A DNA stretch of 64,000 nucleotides from Spirochaetota bacterium. GTDB lineage: Bacteria > Spirochaetota > Spirochaetia > Treponematales > UBA12059. The DNA lies in the NCBI GenBank assembly GCA_022703505.1, contig JAKLDN010000005.1, forward strand, positions 200,717 through 264,716, read 5' to 3'. The notes below the pieces were generated by a model. That model saw only the letters and a program-made list of their open reading frames with translations. It did no database searches and was not told where the DNA came from. A program made the position numbers and the translations under genes. Positions 36,120-46,117 of the stretch are shown here, in pieces (position 1 is the first letter of the stretch; the number at the start of each line of letters is the position of its first letter).

Positions 36120-38420
36120 ATGAAACCGTTCTACAAATGGGCTTCCCGGCGTCCCGTCGCGGTCTTCCTGGTGGTGCTGGCCCTGGTCGCCGCATCGGGC
36201 ATCCTGATCCGCTCCCGGATGCGCATGGAGACGGATCTGGACGAATACATGCCCCGGGACCACCCGGCCTTCGTGTTCAGCGACGAGGCGGAGGAGCGGT
36301 TCCTGATCCGGGACGCGATCCTGGTGGCGGTTGAACACCCGGAGTCGATCTTCAATCCCGACACCCTGGAAAAACTCATACTCATCGAGGAAGCCCTGGC
36401 CGGGTTTGACGAGATCGAGGAGTCGGACATCCGTTCCCTCCACACGGCGGAGAACATCCTGGGAACCGAGGACGGCCTGGACGTCCGGGATTTCTATACT
36501 GACGCACCGGAAGACCAGGCCGCCTGCGACCGGATCCGGGACGACGTACGCGCCAACGAGATGGTCCGGGGCCGCCTGGTATCCTCCGACGAGCGCGCGG
36601 CTCTCGTCCTGGTGGACCTGGCGGACGGGGAATTCTCGCGGGACCTCTACGACAAGATCCTGGCCCTGGCGGAACAGTTCGAGGGACCGGAGACCATCCA
36701 CGTCGCGGGGCGCCCCATCGTGGAGGGGACCATGGCCATCCTGGGTCCCAAGGACATGGCCCGTATGGGTCCCCTGGTGATCCTGGTGATCGCCGCGACC
36801 CTGTTTGTCGTGCTCCGAAGCCTGCTCCGGACTCTCATCTCCCTGTCCGTCGTCCTGGTCAGCACGGTTTGGACCTTCGGCCTCATGGTTCTCCTGGGCA
36901 TCCCCGTGTACACGGTCACTATCATGATTCCCGTGATGCTGATCGCCATCGGGGTCGCCTACGCCATCCATATCTACAACCAGATCGATTACTTCACCCG
37001 GGAGCATCCCGGCTCGACCCGGGAGGAAATCGCCGAGAACGCGATCGACGTCATCTGGAATCCTGTCCTCTTCGCGGGACTCACCACGATGGCAGGCTTC
37101 GTCTCCCTGACCACCTCCCAGGTGTATCCGGTCAAGTATTTCGGCCTGTTCGCCGCCTTCGGCGTGCTCGCGGCCCTGCTCCTATCCATGCTCCTGGTTC
37201 CGGCGGGCATCGTCCTGTTCGGAGCGGGAACGCCCCGGGCAAAGCCGACCCAGAGCGGGTCGGCGGCCGCGGGCTCCGGCGGGTTCGGCGCCCGGTTCGC
37301 GGACGCCATCCTTAAGCGGCCGAAGGCCGTGCTCGGAATCAGCCTTCTCGTGATCGTCCTCGCGATCTTCGGCATTACCCGGGTATGGATCAACACCAGT
37401 TTCCTGGACAATTTCGAGCGGGACAGCGACATCGTACGGACCGACGCCTTCATGAACGCCCGGTTCGGCGGAACCTCCACGCTAAACGTCATCCTGGAAG
37501 CCCGGGACGCCGACGCCTTCAAGGATCCCGCCCTCCTCCGGCTCATGCTGGAAATCCAGAAGAGCGTCAAAACCCGGGACAAGGTCGGCGACTCGGTATC
37601 CATCGCGGATTACCTGGCGCGCATGAACAAGGTGATGCACGAGGATCGGGAAGAATTCGACACCGTGCCGGAGAGCCGCGAGATGACGGCCCAGTACCTG
37701 CTTCTCTACGAAATGTCCGGGGATCCGGAAAATCTCTGGAAGGTGGTGGACAACGAGTACAGATCCGCCAACATGATCGTACAGCTGAAGAGCGACGACT
37801 CCCGGACCACAACGAACGTCGTTTCCTTCCTCGACGGGTACGCGGACCGTCTCGCCGAGTACGGCGTCACGGCGCGGTACGCCGGATCGGGCTACAAAAG
37901 CCTCGTGTTTTCCGGCCTCATCCTCCAGGGGCAGATCAGCAGCCTGGGGCTCTCGGTCCTCATCGTCTTCCTGCTCGTGAGCCTCATGTTCCACAGCCTG
38001 CTGCTCGGCCTTGTCGGCACGATACCGGTGGTGATTTCCATAGCCGTCAATTTCGGGAGCATGGGACTGTTGAACCTGCCCCTCACGACCTCGACGGCCC
38101 TCATCTCCAGCATCGCCGTCGGCATCGGGGTGGATTACGCCATCCACTTCATCGAACGCTACCGGGAACGGATGAAGGAGGGCCATGCCGCCCCGGAGGC
38201 CGGCCGCTTCGCGATGGGCCTCACCGGTAGAGCCGTGTTCCTCAACGCGGCGATCGTCATCGCGGGGTTCCTGGTGCTCCTGTTCTCGGTCTTCCCGCCG
38301 AACCGGCAGGTCGGCGCCCTGGTTTCGCTCAACATGGTCACGGCCTTCGCGGGAACCGTGACGATCATGTTCCTCGTGCTGAGGAACTTCCATACCTCGA
38401 TCAAGGAGAAGAACAAATGA
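36120..38420 (+). CDS. MMPL/RND-family transporter
   Basis: Two TM bundles with large extracytoplasmic loops; AIGVAYAIH and GIGVDYAIH motifs. Confidence 0.9.
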   Translation: MKPFYKWASRRPVAVFLVVLALVAASGILIRSRMRMETDLDEYMPRDHPAFVFSDEAEERFLIRDAILVAVEHPESIFNPDTLEKLILIEEALAGFDEIEESDIRSLHTAENILGTEDGLDVRDFYTDAPEDQAACDRIRDDVRANEMVRGRLVSSDERAALVLVDLADGEFSRDLYDKILALAEQFEGPETIHVAGRPIVEGTMAILGPKDMARMGPLVILVIAATLFVVLRSLLRTLISLSVVLVSTVWTFGLMVLLGIPVYTVTIMIPVMLIAIGVAYAIHIYNQIDYFTREHPGSTREEIAENAIDVIWNPVLFAGLTTMAGFVSLTTSQVYPVKYFGLFAAFGVLAALLLSMLLVPAGIVLFGAGTPRAKPTQSGSAAAGSGGFGARFADAILKRPKAVLGISLLVIVLAIFGITRVWINTSFLDNFERDSDIVRTDAFMNARFGGTSTLNVILEARDADAFKDPALLRLMLEIQKSVKTRDKVGDSVSIADYLARMNKVMHEDREEFDTVPESREMTAQYLLLYEMSGDPENLWKVVDNEYRSANMIVQLKSDDSRTTTNVVSFLDGYADRLAEYGVTARYAGSGYKSLVFSGLILQGQISSLGLSVLIVFLLVSLMFHSLLLGLVGTIPVVISIAVNFGSMGLLNLPLTTSTALISSIAVGIGVDYAIHFIERYRERMKEGHAAPEAGRFAMGLTGRAVFLNAAIVIAGFLVLLFSVFPPNRQVGALVSLNMVTAFAGTVTIMFLVLRNFHTSIKEKNK

Positions 38421-39199
38421 ACGCCCACGCAAACCGTGTCCTGATCCTGACCGCGACCCTCTTCGCCGCCGTTGCCCTGCACGCCGCCGAACCCTCGGGA
38501 ACGGAGATCATGCAGGCCGTCTACGACCGTCCCCAAGGAAAGGATGTCCAGGGAACCCTCACGATGACCCTCGTGGATTCCAAGGGAAAGGAGCGGGTCC
38601 GCTCCCTCCGGCAGGTCACGGGCACCTTCGCCTCCGGGGAAAAGAAGCTCATGGTCTTCCTGGGCCCCGCGGACGTCCGGGGGACGTCCTTCATGAACTG
38701 GAGCTACGAAGAGGCCGGCCGGAGCGACGACCAGTGGATCTACCTGCCCGCCCTCAAACGGGTCAAACGGATCTCCTCCGAGGGACGGGGGGATTCCTTC
38801 ATGGGCTCCGACTTCACCTACGACGATCTGGGCGACCGGCATCCCTCCGAGGACGAACACCGGGTGACCGGAAGCGAATCGATCGCGGGAGAGGACTGCT
38901 GGATCGTGGAAAGCGTCCCCCGGGACCCTAAGGACCTGTACTCCCGCACCGTGACCTGGGTGTCCAAGAAGACCATGGTCGGAGTGAAACGGGAGTATTA
39001 CGACCACCGCGGCGCCCTTCTCAAGACGCTGACGATCTCCAAGCTGGAATCCATTTCCGGCGTCTGGGTGATCCTGAAGACGGAAATGCGGAACGTCCAG
39101 AAGAACACGAGCACCCGGATCGAATTCTCGGAGGTCAAGGTGAACTCCGGGATCCCGGAGGACGAGTTCACCGAGCGGGCCATGACCCGGGGGCTATGA
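38417..39199 (+). CDS. Outer membrane lipoprotein-sorting (LolA-like) protein
   Basis: Signal peptide; DDQWIYLPALKRVKRI and FMGSDFTYDDL motifs. Confidence 0.85.
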   Translation: MNAHANRVLILTATLFAAVALHAAEPSGTEIMQAVYDRPQGKDVQGTLTMTLVDSKGKERVRSLRQVTGTFASGEKKLMVFLGPADVRGTSFMNWSYEEAGRSDDQWIYLPALKRVKRISSEGRGDSFMGSDFTYDDLGDRHPSEDEHRVTGSESIAGEDCWIVESVPRDPKDLYSRTVTWVSKKTMVGVKREYYDHRGALLKTLTISKLESISGVWVILKTEMRNVQKNTSTRIEFSEVKVNSGIPEDEFTERAMTRGL

Positions 39200-40431
39200 T
39201 GAAAAGCCGTGTACTATGGACCCTTGCAGCCGTCTTCCTCGCGGCGGCGAACCTTGCGGGACAGGAGGGCGCCGCGGTAAACGGATACGCGCGGACCAAG
39301 GCGGGTGCCCTCCTGGAGGACGCCTCCCTCTTCCTCTCGGAGACGACCCTGGACCTCCGCCTGTCCTACCGGAGCGGGGACGCCGGATTCTTCGCGAACC
39401 CCGTGCTGTACGAACGGGAGGGCCAGACGGAAGAGCCGGTCCTTCGGGAAGCCTACATGGATTTCCGGGGGGAGTCCTTCGACCTCCGTCTGGGCAAACA
39501 GCAGATCATCTGGGGCAAGGGGGACGGAGTGTTCATAACCGACATCGTGTCTCCCAAGGACCTGTCCCGGTTCCTGGTCCCCGATTTCGAGGAGATCCGG
39601 GGCGCCGTGACGGGGGCGTGCCTGGACCTCTACCTCGGGTCTCATGCCCTGGAACTCGTATGGCTGCCCGCTTTCACCCCGGGGACCGCTCCCGCCGCCG
39701 GATCCCTCTGGGCCCCTGCCCTGCCCTTCCCCGTGACGCCGACCTTCGAATCCGTAGTTTCGCCCGGATTCTCCCTGGACAACGGGGAATACTTCGCCCG
39801 GTATTCCTTCCTGGGCGAATCCTTCGACCTTGCGTTGATGGGGGGATGGTTCTGGAACGATACCCCGGGCTACACGGTGACCGACAAGACCTTCGTACCG
39901 GGTGTCGGCATTACCGCCTTGACCGTGCGGCCCGAGTACTATCGTACCGCCGCCGCGGGATACGCCGCGTCGGGCGCCATGGGACCCGTGATCCTGAAAT
40001 CCGAAGGCGCCTTCTACGGGCTCCGGCGGTATCAGGGAAACCCCATGATCTACCCGGACGGTTACGCTGAAAAGTATTCCCTTCAGTACATGGCCGGAGC
40101 GGACGCCTCCGCGGCCGGATTTACCTTCGGAATCCAGTTCATACAGGATCTGATCCTGGACCACGATCCGGACCTGGTCGATCCGGAGCTCAAGACCACG
40201 ATGACCTTCGTTGCGACCCGGACCTTCCTGCGGGATACCCTGACCGCGGAGGTGTTCACCTACATGGGTCTCGATCCCCTGAACGCACTAGTTAAGCCGA
40301 AGGTTACCTGGGACGCGACGGACGCCCTGGAATTCTTCCTGGGGGCCTACCTCTTCCTGGGGGACGAGGGGGATTTCGGCCGGTACGACTCGAACGACGG
40401 GGTCTACCTGGGGGCCAAGTTCAGCTTCTGA
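39196..40431 (+). CDS. Probable outer-membrane beta-barrel (DUF1302-like)
   Basis: Signal peptide; LREAYMD, LRLGKQQIIWG and C-terminal aromatic KFSF; usual partner of MMPL/LolA-like genes. Confidence 0.7.
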   Translation: MMKSRVLWTLAAVFLAAANLAGQEGAAVNGYARTKAGALLEDASLFLSETTLDLRLSYRSGDAGFFANPVLYEREGQTEEPVLREAYMDFRGESFDLRLGKQQIIWGKGDGVFITDIVSPKDLSRFLVPDFEEIRGAVTGACLDLYLGSHALELVWLPAFTPGTAPAAGSLWAPALPFPVTPTFESVVSPGFSLDNGEYFARYSFLGESFDLALMGGWFWNDTPGYTVTDKTFVPGVGITALTVRPEYYRTAAAGYAASGAMGPVILKSEGAFYGLRRYQGNPMIYPDGYAEKYSLQYMAGADASAAGFTFGIQFIQDLILDHDPDLVDPELKTTMTFVATRTFLRDTLTAEVFTYMGLDPLNALVKPKVTWDATDALEFFLGAYLFLGDEGDFGRYDSNDGVYLGAKFSF

Positions 40432-40525
40432 CCCGGAAACCGCAGGGCCCGCCGACCGCCCGGTTCCCGCTTGCTACTTCCCGGTCCGGACTGCGATACT
40501 CTCCTGAGATTGCGAGGAGGCGCTC

Positions 40526-40909
40526 ATGGAATCGGACATCCGGCTCGAACCGAGCATAGAGGAGTGGCGGGAACAGCGCGGCAGGCTCAACGAGACGGTG
40601 ATGGCCATGGCCGGACTCGAGATCAAGCGCTTTTTCAGCCTGGACGGGCAGACCTATCGGCCGGGGGCCCTGGACGCCAAGACCAAGGAATTCCTGGGCC
40701 TCGTCGCCTCCCTGGTGCTCCGCTGCGACGACTGCATCCTCTACCACACGATCCGCTGCAAGGAGGAAGGCGCGACCACGGAGGAGTTCCAAGAAGCTTG
40801 CACGGTCGGCCTGTTCGTGGGAGGCTCGATCGTGAACCCCCGCCTAGGGCGTTACCGTGAAGACCAGCTCCCCGATTCGCTTCCAGGACGCCTCGTCCCA
40901 GGAGGGTGA
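40526..40909 (+). CDS. Carboxymuconolactone decarboxylase/AhpD-like protein
   Basis: GALDAKTKEFLGLVASLVLRCDDCILYH (CxxC) and EEFQEA...GGSIV; C-terminus atypical. Confidence 0.8.
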   Translation: MESDIRLEPSIEEWREQRGRLNETVMAMAGLEIKRFFSLDGQTYRPGALDAKTKEFLGLVASLVLRCDDCILYHTIRCKEEGATTEEFQEACTVGLFVGGSIVNPRLGRYREDQLPDSLPGRLVPGG

Positions 40910-41797
40910 ATCCCGATCCCGGATATACAGGGTCACGCGATACGGGCCCGGGGAACGCGGATCCAGGGGGAACACCGTGTCGCCGGGATTGTTCACATAC
41001 TTGTTGTTCCGGCCCGCGGCGGCCTCCCCGGTCCCGCTGCCGTCGGGATTCCGCAGTGCATACCCGAAGACGTACAGAGGCATTCCGCCCGAGTTCAGGA
41101 AGGCGGATTGGGGCGGGCCGGCCAGGCGGGCCCCGAAGATCTCCCCCCGGGCGTAGCCCTCCCGGATCTCGGCCAGACTGAAGGAGGCCCGGACCGCGAC
41201 CGGACGGGTCTCCACGTCGTAGGTCCCCGGGCCCGAGGGCGACTGCCGGAAAAGTCCGATGCCCCAGTCCCGCAGGGTCCAGGATCCGTGGGTGAACGGC
41301 GGGACGGAGAAGGGGGAGCCCGCCCCGGATCCCCCGGGGACGGCCGCCTTCGATCCGTCCGAGAAGTTTAGGACGTACTCCCGGGAGGCCCGCTCGACCT
41401 TGGCTGCGTTGTCGAACAGGACGGTCCGGATTTTCCAGGCCCCGAAGGACGGAGCGGCCTTGTTCGGGCTCAGGTCGAAGAAGAGGCCGGGCAGGACGAA
41501 GCTCGTGTCCGCGTACCCCTGAAGGTCGAAACCGTATTGGGTGTCCCAGGCGATGCTTCCGTCGGGCCTCAGGACCTGGACACGGAGATAATAGTCGAAA
41601 TTGCCGTAGGCGTTCAGGAAGCCTTCCCGTCGGGTCCGCATCCAGAACCGGACGTTCCTCTGCTCCCCTCCGCCCCGGGTGAAGGCCCACTCCCGGACGG
41701 CCGGATCCATCCCGGCCTCCAGGATGGGAGGATCCACCGCGAACGCGGGCGCGAAGGACAACCCCAGGATCAGCGGAAGGACGGTGAACATCCTCAT
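40844..41797 (-). CDS. Hypothetical secreted protein, two predicted beta-rich domains
   Basis: Signal peptide ending AFA; Gly/Ser/Pro linker (GGSGAGSPFSVPP); ggagg SD. Confidence 0.7.
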   Translation of the reverse strand: MRMFTVLPLILGLSFAPAFAVDPPILEAGMDPAVREWAFTRGGGEQRNVRFWMRTRREGFLNAYGNFDYYLRVQVLRPDGSIAWDTQYGFDLQGYADTSFVLPGLFFDLSPNKAAPSFGAWKIRTVLFDNAAKVERASREYVLNFSDGSKAAVPGGSGAGSPFSVPPFTHGSWTLRDWGIGLFRQSPSGPGTYDVETRPVAVRASFSLAEIREGYARGEIFGARLAGPPQSAFLNSGGMPLYVFGYALRNPDGSGTGEAAAGRNNKYVNNPGDTVFPLDPRSPGPYRVTLYIRDRDSPSWDEASWKRIGELVFTVTP

Positions 41798-41869
41798 AGT
41801 AAGCCTCCGTGCCTCCATTCTATCACGGGAACGGGGATCGGCCGGATACGGCGAGGCCGAGCGGGCGCC

Positions 41870-42442
41870 CTATATCGCCTTGACCTTCCGGCACTCCTCC
41901 TCCAGGGCCTCGAAACCCTCGGAGAGGACACGTTCCAGGATGCGGACCGAGACGGGGTAGACGGCGGTCTCCAGGAGTTCCCGCTCGGTCTTGGAGAAGT
42001 CCGAGAGGACATAGCCCGCGACGTCGTCATGGTCGGGCCGCCCGATCCCGATACGGAATCGGAGGAAGTCCGGGGTCGAGAGGCGGTCCCGGATGGACCG
42101 CAGGCCGTTGTGACCGCCCAGGCCCCCGGCGCGCTTCAGGCCCACCGTACCCAAGGGCAGTTCCAACTCGTCGTGGACCACCAGGAGCTCCCCGGGCTCG
42201 ACGCGGTGGAACCGCATGAGCTCCGCGACGCTGTCCCCGGAGAGGTTCATGAAGGTCTCGGGGGTCAAGAGGAACACGCGGCCGGAGGGGGTATCCAGGG
42301 ACGCCCAGCGGCCCTTGTACCCCCGCTCCCAGCGTAGGGAGGGATGGGCCGGAAGGCGCTCCAGGACCTGCCAGGCGACGTTGTGACGGTTGTTCCGGTA
42401 CTGCCGTCCGTGATTGCCCAGGAAGGCGTAGAGTCGGACCAT
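41870..42442 (-). CDS. pth: Peptidyl-tRNA hydrolase
   Basis: LGNHG...NRHNVAW, PETFMNLSG, VVHDELELP, GGHNGLRSI and RFRIGIGRP motifs. Confidence 0.93.
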   Translation of the reverse strand: MVRLYAFLGNHGRQYRNNRHNVAWQVLERLPAHPSLRWERGYKGRWASLDTPSGRVFLLTPETFMNLSGDSVAELMRFHRVEPGELLVVHDELELPLGTVGLKRAGGLGGHNGLRSIRDRLSTPDFLRFRIGIGRPDHDDVAGYVLSDFSKTERELLETAVYPVSVRILERVLSEGFEALEEECRKVKAI

Positions 42443-42582
42443 CCGGAAGCTCCTTCGGATCGGGGGATCGGTTGCGGCCGCAGCGGAAGTCGCGCCGGCC
42501 CGCGCGGCCCGGCCCCGGATTGGACATCCGGGACCGGGGGATAGTACAATGCGGAACCGTCCCTGGACAAGCGAGGAGCCCC

Positions 42583-44463
42583 ATGACCCCCACCCGTTTC
42601 GTGAGAACCCTCCGGTCCGAACGCTTCGCGGACCTCGACTGCGCCGTCCTCGAATACCGCTCCCGGGATGGTTCCACGGACGTCGAGCCGCGGATGACCC
42701 TCCTAGAGGAGCTTCCCCTGATCGAACTCGTCCGCCTGGCTGACGGACCCGCAGGAGGGCGGCCGACGGCCGGTCCCGGCAATCCGGCTGGTGACGCGGC
42801 CTTCGACCTGCGCGGCGCCTTCGTCTTCGCCAACGGCTGGCAGTCCTGGTCCCCGGGCTGGGAGCTCGCCCCGGGGGAGCGGATGGAACGGGCCCGCTTC
42901 GTCGGACGGCTCAACGTCTTTACGGACCACCCGGGCCTCGTGCCCCGGCGCGGGGAGGTCCTGGCGAGTTTCCTGGGCTACCTCCGGTCCGGGGGCGAGT
43001 ACCTGGCCCTGGCTTCCCTCCCGGAGGGCGGTCCGCCTTTGTCCTTCCTCTTCCGGCGGCGGGAAGGAACGGTCTCTCTCCTGGCCTATGCCGAGGGCCA
43101 CCGCTTCCGGGCCGGGGACCTGGCGGCCCGGATCCTGGTCGTCCGCGCCCGCTCCTGGTTCGCCCTCAAGGACGTCCTGCGGGAGGCCTACGCGCCCTAC
43201 GACCTATTCTCCCGCCTCGCCTTCCTGGGAGCCCCCGGGGAGCCCCTGGTGCCCGGGGGCTACGAGTCCTGGTACAACCACTACGCGGACATCGACGAGG
43301 GCCTCATCCTGGCGGACCTGCGGAACCTGGCGGGGAACGGCAACCTCATCGACCGGCTCTACATCCGACCGGGCAAGCCCACGGTCTTCCAGGTAGACGA
43401 CGGCTGGGAGCGGACCGTGGGGGACTGGAGGGTGAACGAAGCCCGCTTCCCCCGGGGCATGAAGGACCTGGCCGGACGGATCGAGGAGGCGGGCTTCATC
43501 CCGGGGCTCTGGCTGGCTCCCTTCCTGGTGACCCGCTTCGCACCCCTGTACCGGGAAAAGCCCGAGTGGCTCCTCCGGGACGAGCGCGGCCGCCCCGTGG
43601 CGGCCGGCTGGATCCCCGCCTGGGGGCACGATTTCTACTGTCTGGATCTCTCGATCCCGGAGGTCCTGGACTATCTTACGGGTATCTTCGACCGGGCGGT
43701 GAACGAATGGGGCTACCGCTACCTGAAACTGGATTTCCTGTACGCGGGCATGCTCCGGGGAAGTCGCCGGAACGGAGACCCCGCCTGGATCCACTACCGG
43801 AAGGCCCTGGAACGTCTCACCTCGATCCGGAACCGGAGGAACGGCAAGCCCGTGGCCTACCTGGGCTGCGGCGCCCCCTTCGAAGCCTCCTTCGAGTTCC
43901 TGCCCCTGATGCGGATCGGGGCGGACACCCGGGAGGATTGGGACTGGGCCCAGGCCCGGTTCCTCCGCCACCCCGGACGGCCCTCCGCCTGGATCTCGAT
44001 GAAGGACACCATCGGACGGGCCCTCTGGGACGGGACGGTCTTCCTGAACGATCCCGACGTGGTCTTCTGCCGTACCCGCCGCATGCGCCTTTCCGAAACC
44101 GAAAAAGAGCTCGTGGCCCTGACGGCCCGGATCTTCGCCTCCCAGGTGATGTTCTCCGACGACACCGCGGACTTCGAGCCCGCGACCGAGGGGGCCTTCA
44201 CGGAGCGGATCGCGGAGCTGTACGGACGTATATCCGGCCGGGAGTTCCGCCCCGAACGCGTCCCGGGCTTCCGGGACGTCTACACCGCCCGTAGCCGGGA
44301 CGGCCGGTCCGCGGCGGTCCTCAACCTCTCCGACTCGGACGCCGTGGTTCCGGGCTCCTGGCCCGCGGACAAGGCGGTCCTGGCCCGGTTCCGGAGCGAA
44401 GGCGGCCGGACGGTGTTCGCCCCCCGTTCCATCAGCCTCTTCGACGGACTGGAGGAAGCATGA
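42583..44463 (+). CDS. Glycoside hydrolase family 36 (alpha-galactosidase-like)
   Basis: ESWYNHY, FQVDDGW, FPRGMKDL, GLWLAPF, YLKLDF, MRIGAD and NDPDV motifs; gaggag SD. Confidence 0.8.
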   Translation: MTPTRFVRTLRSERFADLDCAVLEYRSRDGSTDVEPRMTLLEELPLIELVRLADGPAGGRPTAGPGNPAGDAAFDLRGAFVFANGWQSWSPGWELAPGERMERARFVGRLNVFTDHPGLVPRRGEVLASFLGYLRSGGEYLALASLPEGGPPLSFLFRRREGTVSLLAYAEGHRFRAGDLAARILVVRARSWFALKDVLREAYAPYDLFSRLAFLGAPGEPLVPGGYESWYNHYADIDEGLILADLRNLAGNGNLIDRLYIRPGKPTVFQVDDGWERTVGDWRVNEARFPRGMKDLAGRIEEAGFIPGLWLAPFLVTRFAPLYREKPEWLLRDERGRPVAAGWIPAWGHDFYCLDLSIPEVLDYLTGIFDRAVNEWGYRYLKLDFLYAGMLRGSRRNGDPAWIHYRKALERLTSIRNRRNGKPVAYLGCGAPFEASFEFLPLMRIGADTREDWDWAQARFLRHPGRPSAWISMKDTIGRALWDGTVFLNDPDVVFCRTRRMRLSETEKELVALTARIFASQVMFSDDTADFEPATEGAFTERIAELYGRISGREFRPERVPGFRDVYTARSRDGRSAAVLNLSDSDAVVPGSWPADKAVLARFRSEGGRTVFAPRSISLFDGLEEA

Positions 44464-46115
44464 AGCGCACGGTCTACGTGATCGGCCACAAGAACCCGGA
44501 CACCGATTCCGTCGTCTCCGCCCTGGGCTACGCCCGTCTCAAGCGGGAGCTCGGGATGGCCGAGGCGACGGCAGCCCGGGCCGGGATGATCAACCCCCAG
44601 ACGGAATACGTGCTGTCGCGCTTCAAGGTCGAAGTCCCCGCCTTCGTCCCCGACCTGGTCCCCAAGGCGGAGTACTACCTGGACGACGCCGCGGTGACCG
44701 TCCCGGCGGGCACCCCCCTCTGGGACGCCCTGGCCCTGATGGAGGAGCACGGCCGGACCGCCCTGCCCATCGTGGACGGCCAGGGGCGCTACCGGGCCAC
44801 CCTCCACTACTCCGCCTTCGCCCGCAACATCCTCAAGAAGATCAATCCCCGGAAGAAGGCCGTGATCCCCACCAGCGTGGGGAGGATGGCCGCCACCATC
44901 AAGGCCCAGGTGGTGACCTCCTTCGATCCCGAGACGGAGTTCAAGGCCCGGATCCTGGTGGCCGCCCTGGAGACCGAATCCTTCAAGCGCCACCTGGACG
45001 GGGAGGCCCGGGAGAACTGCATCGTCATCGTGGGAGACCGGGCGGACGTCCAGCGCTACGTCCTGGAGTCGAAGGCCCGGGTCCTGATCGTCACGAACGG
45101 CGCCGTCCTGGACCGGTCCCTCAAGGAGATCGCGGAGCGCAACCGGGTGTCCGTCCTGCTCTCGCCCTACGACACCAGCTCCACGGCCCTCCTGGTCATC
45201 TACTCGACCCCCGTGGAGACCATGGGGGACGAGGGCCTGAAGCCTGTGCGCCTGGATTCCCCCCTGCGGAACCTGCGGAGCCCCCTGGCGGAGAGCCCCA
45301 GTCGTTCGGTCCCCGTCACGGACGAGGAGGGCCGGGTGGCCGGCATGTTCACCGAGGGGGACCTCCTCCGGGACCCGAAGGTGGAGCTGATCCTGGTGGA
45401 CCACAACGAGCTGGGCCAGGCCGTGGAGGGGGCGGAGAACTACCGGATCCTGGAAGTGATCGACCACCACCGCATCGGCTCCTTCTCGACCCGGTTCCCG
45501 ATCACCTTCATCAACCGGGTGGTGGGCTCCACCAGCACCATCGTGGCGGGGATGTACCGGGAGCACCGGATACCCCTGCCCAAGCCGATCGCCTCCATCC
45601 TCCTGTGCGGCATCCTCTCGGACACCCTGGTCCTGCGATCCGTGACCACCACGGAGACGGACCGGGAGACCGCCGAGTACCTGGCCGCCATCGCGGACCT
45701 GGACATCCCGGCCCTGGGCGCGGACATCCTGGCCGCCTCCAGCGCGGTAAGCTCCAAGCCCGCCCGGGACCTGGTGCGCCTGGACATGAAGACCTACACC
45801 GTGACGGACCGGACCTTTTCGGTCTCCCAGGTGGAAGTGGACTCCCCCGAGGACCTCCTGGCCCGCCGGGAGGAGGTGCTCCGGGAGCTGGCCGCCCTCC
45901 GGTCCGAGGGAGGCCGATACCTGTCGGCCCTGATGGTCACGGACATCACGGAGCTCTCCTCCTACCTCTTCTTGTCGGCGGACAAGGAGTTCGAGAGCCT
46001 GGTGAAGTACCCCGAGGAGGAGGACCACGTCTACCGCCTCAAGGACATCCTCTCCCGGAAGAAGCAGCTGGTCCCGGTGCTCCTGGAGCTGGCGGAAAAG
46101 GCCCTGGGGGCCTAA
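44460..46115 (+). CDS. ppaC: Family II Mn-dependent inorganic pyrophosphatase with CBS-DRTGG-CBS insert
   Basis: GHKNPDTDS, LVDHNE, IDHH, ILSDTL and SRKKQLVP motifs; CBS/DRTGG-like insert (IVGDRADVQ). Confidence 0.88.
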   Translation: MKRTVYVIGHKNPDTDSVVSALGYARLKRELGMAEATAARAGMINPQTEYVLSRFKVEVPAFVPDLVPKAEYYLDDAAVTVPAGTPLWDALALMEEHGRTALPIVDGQGRYRATLHYSAFARNILKKINPRKKAVIPTSVGRMAATIKAQVVTSFDPETEFKARILVAALETESFKRHLDGEARENCIVIVGDRADVQRYVLESKARVLIVTNGAVLDRSLKEIAERNRVSVLLSPYDTSSTALLVIYSTPVETMGDEGLKPVRLDSPLRNLRSPLAESPSRSVPVTDEEGRVAGMFTEGDLLRDPKVELILVDHNELGQAVEGAENYRILEVIDHHRIGSFSTRFPITFINRVVGSTSTIVAGMYREHRIPLPKPIASILLCGILSDTLVLRSVTTTETDRETAEYLAAIADLDIPALGADILAASSAVSSKPARDLVRLDMKTYTVTDRTFSVSQVEVDSPEDLLARREEVLRELAALRSEGGRYLSALMVTDITELSSYLFLSADKEFESLVKYPEEEDHVYRLKDILSRKKQLVPVLLELAEKALGA

Positions 46116-46117
46116 CC

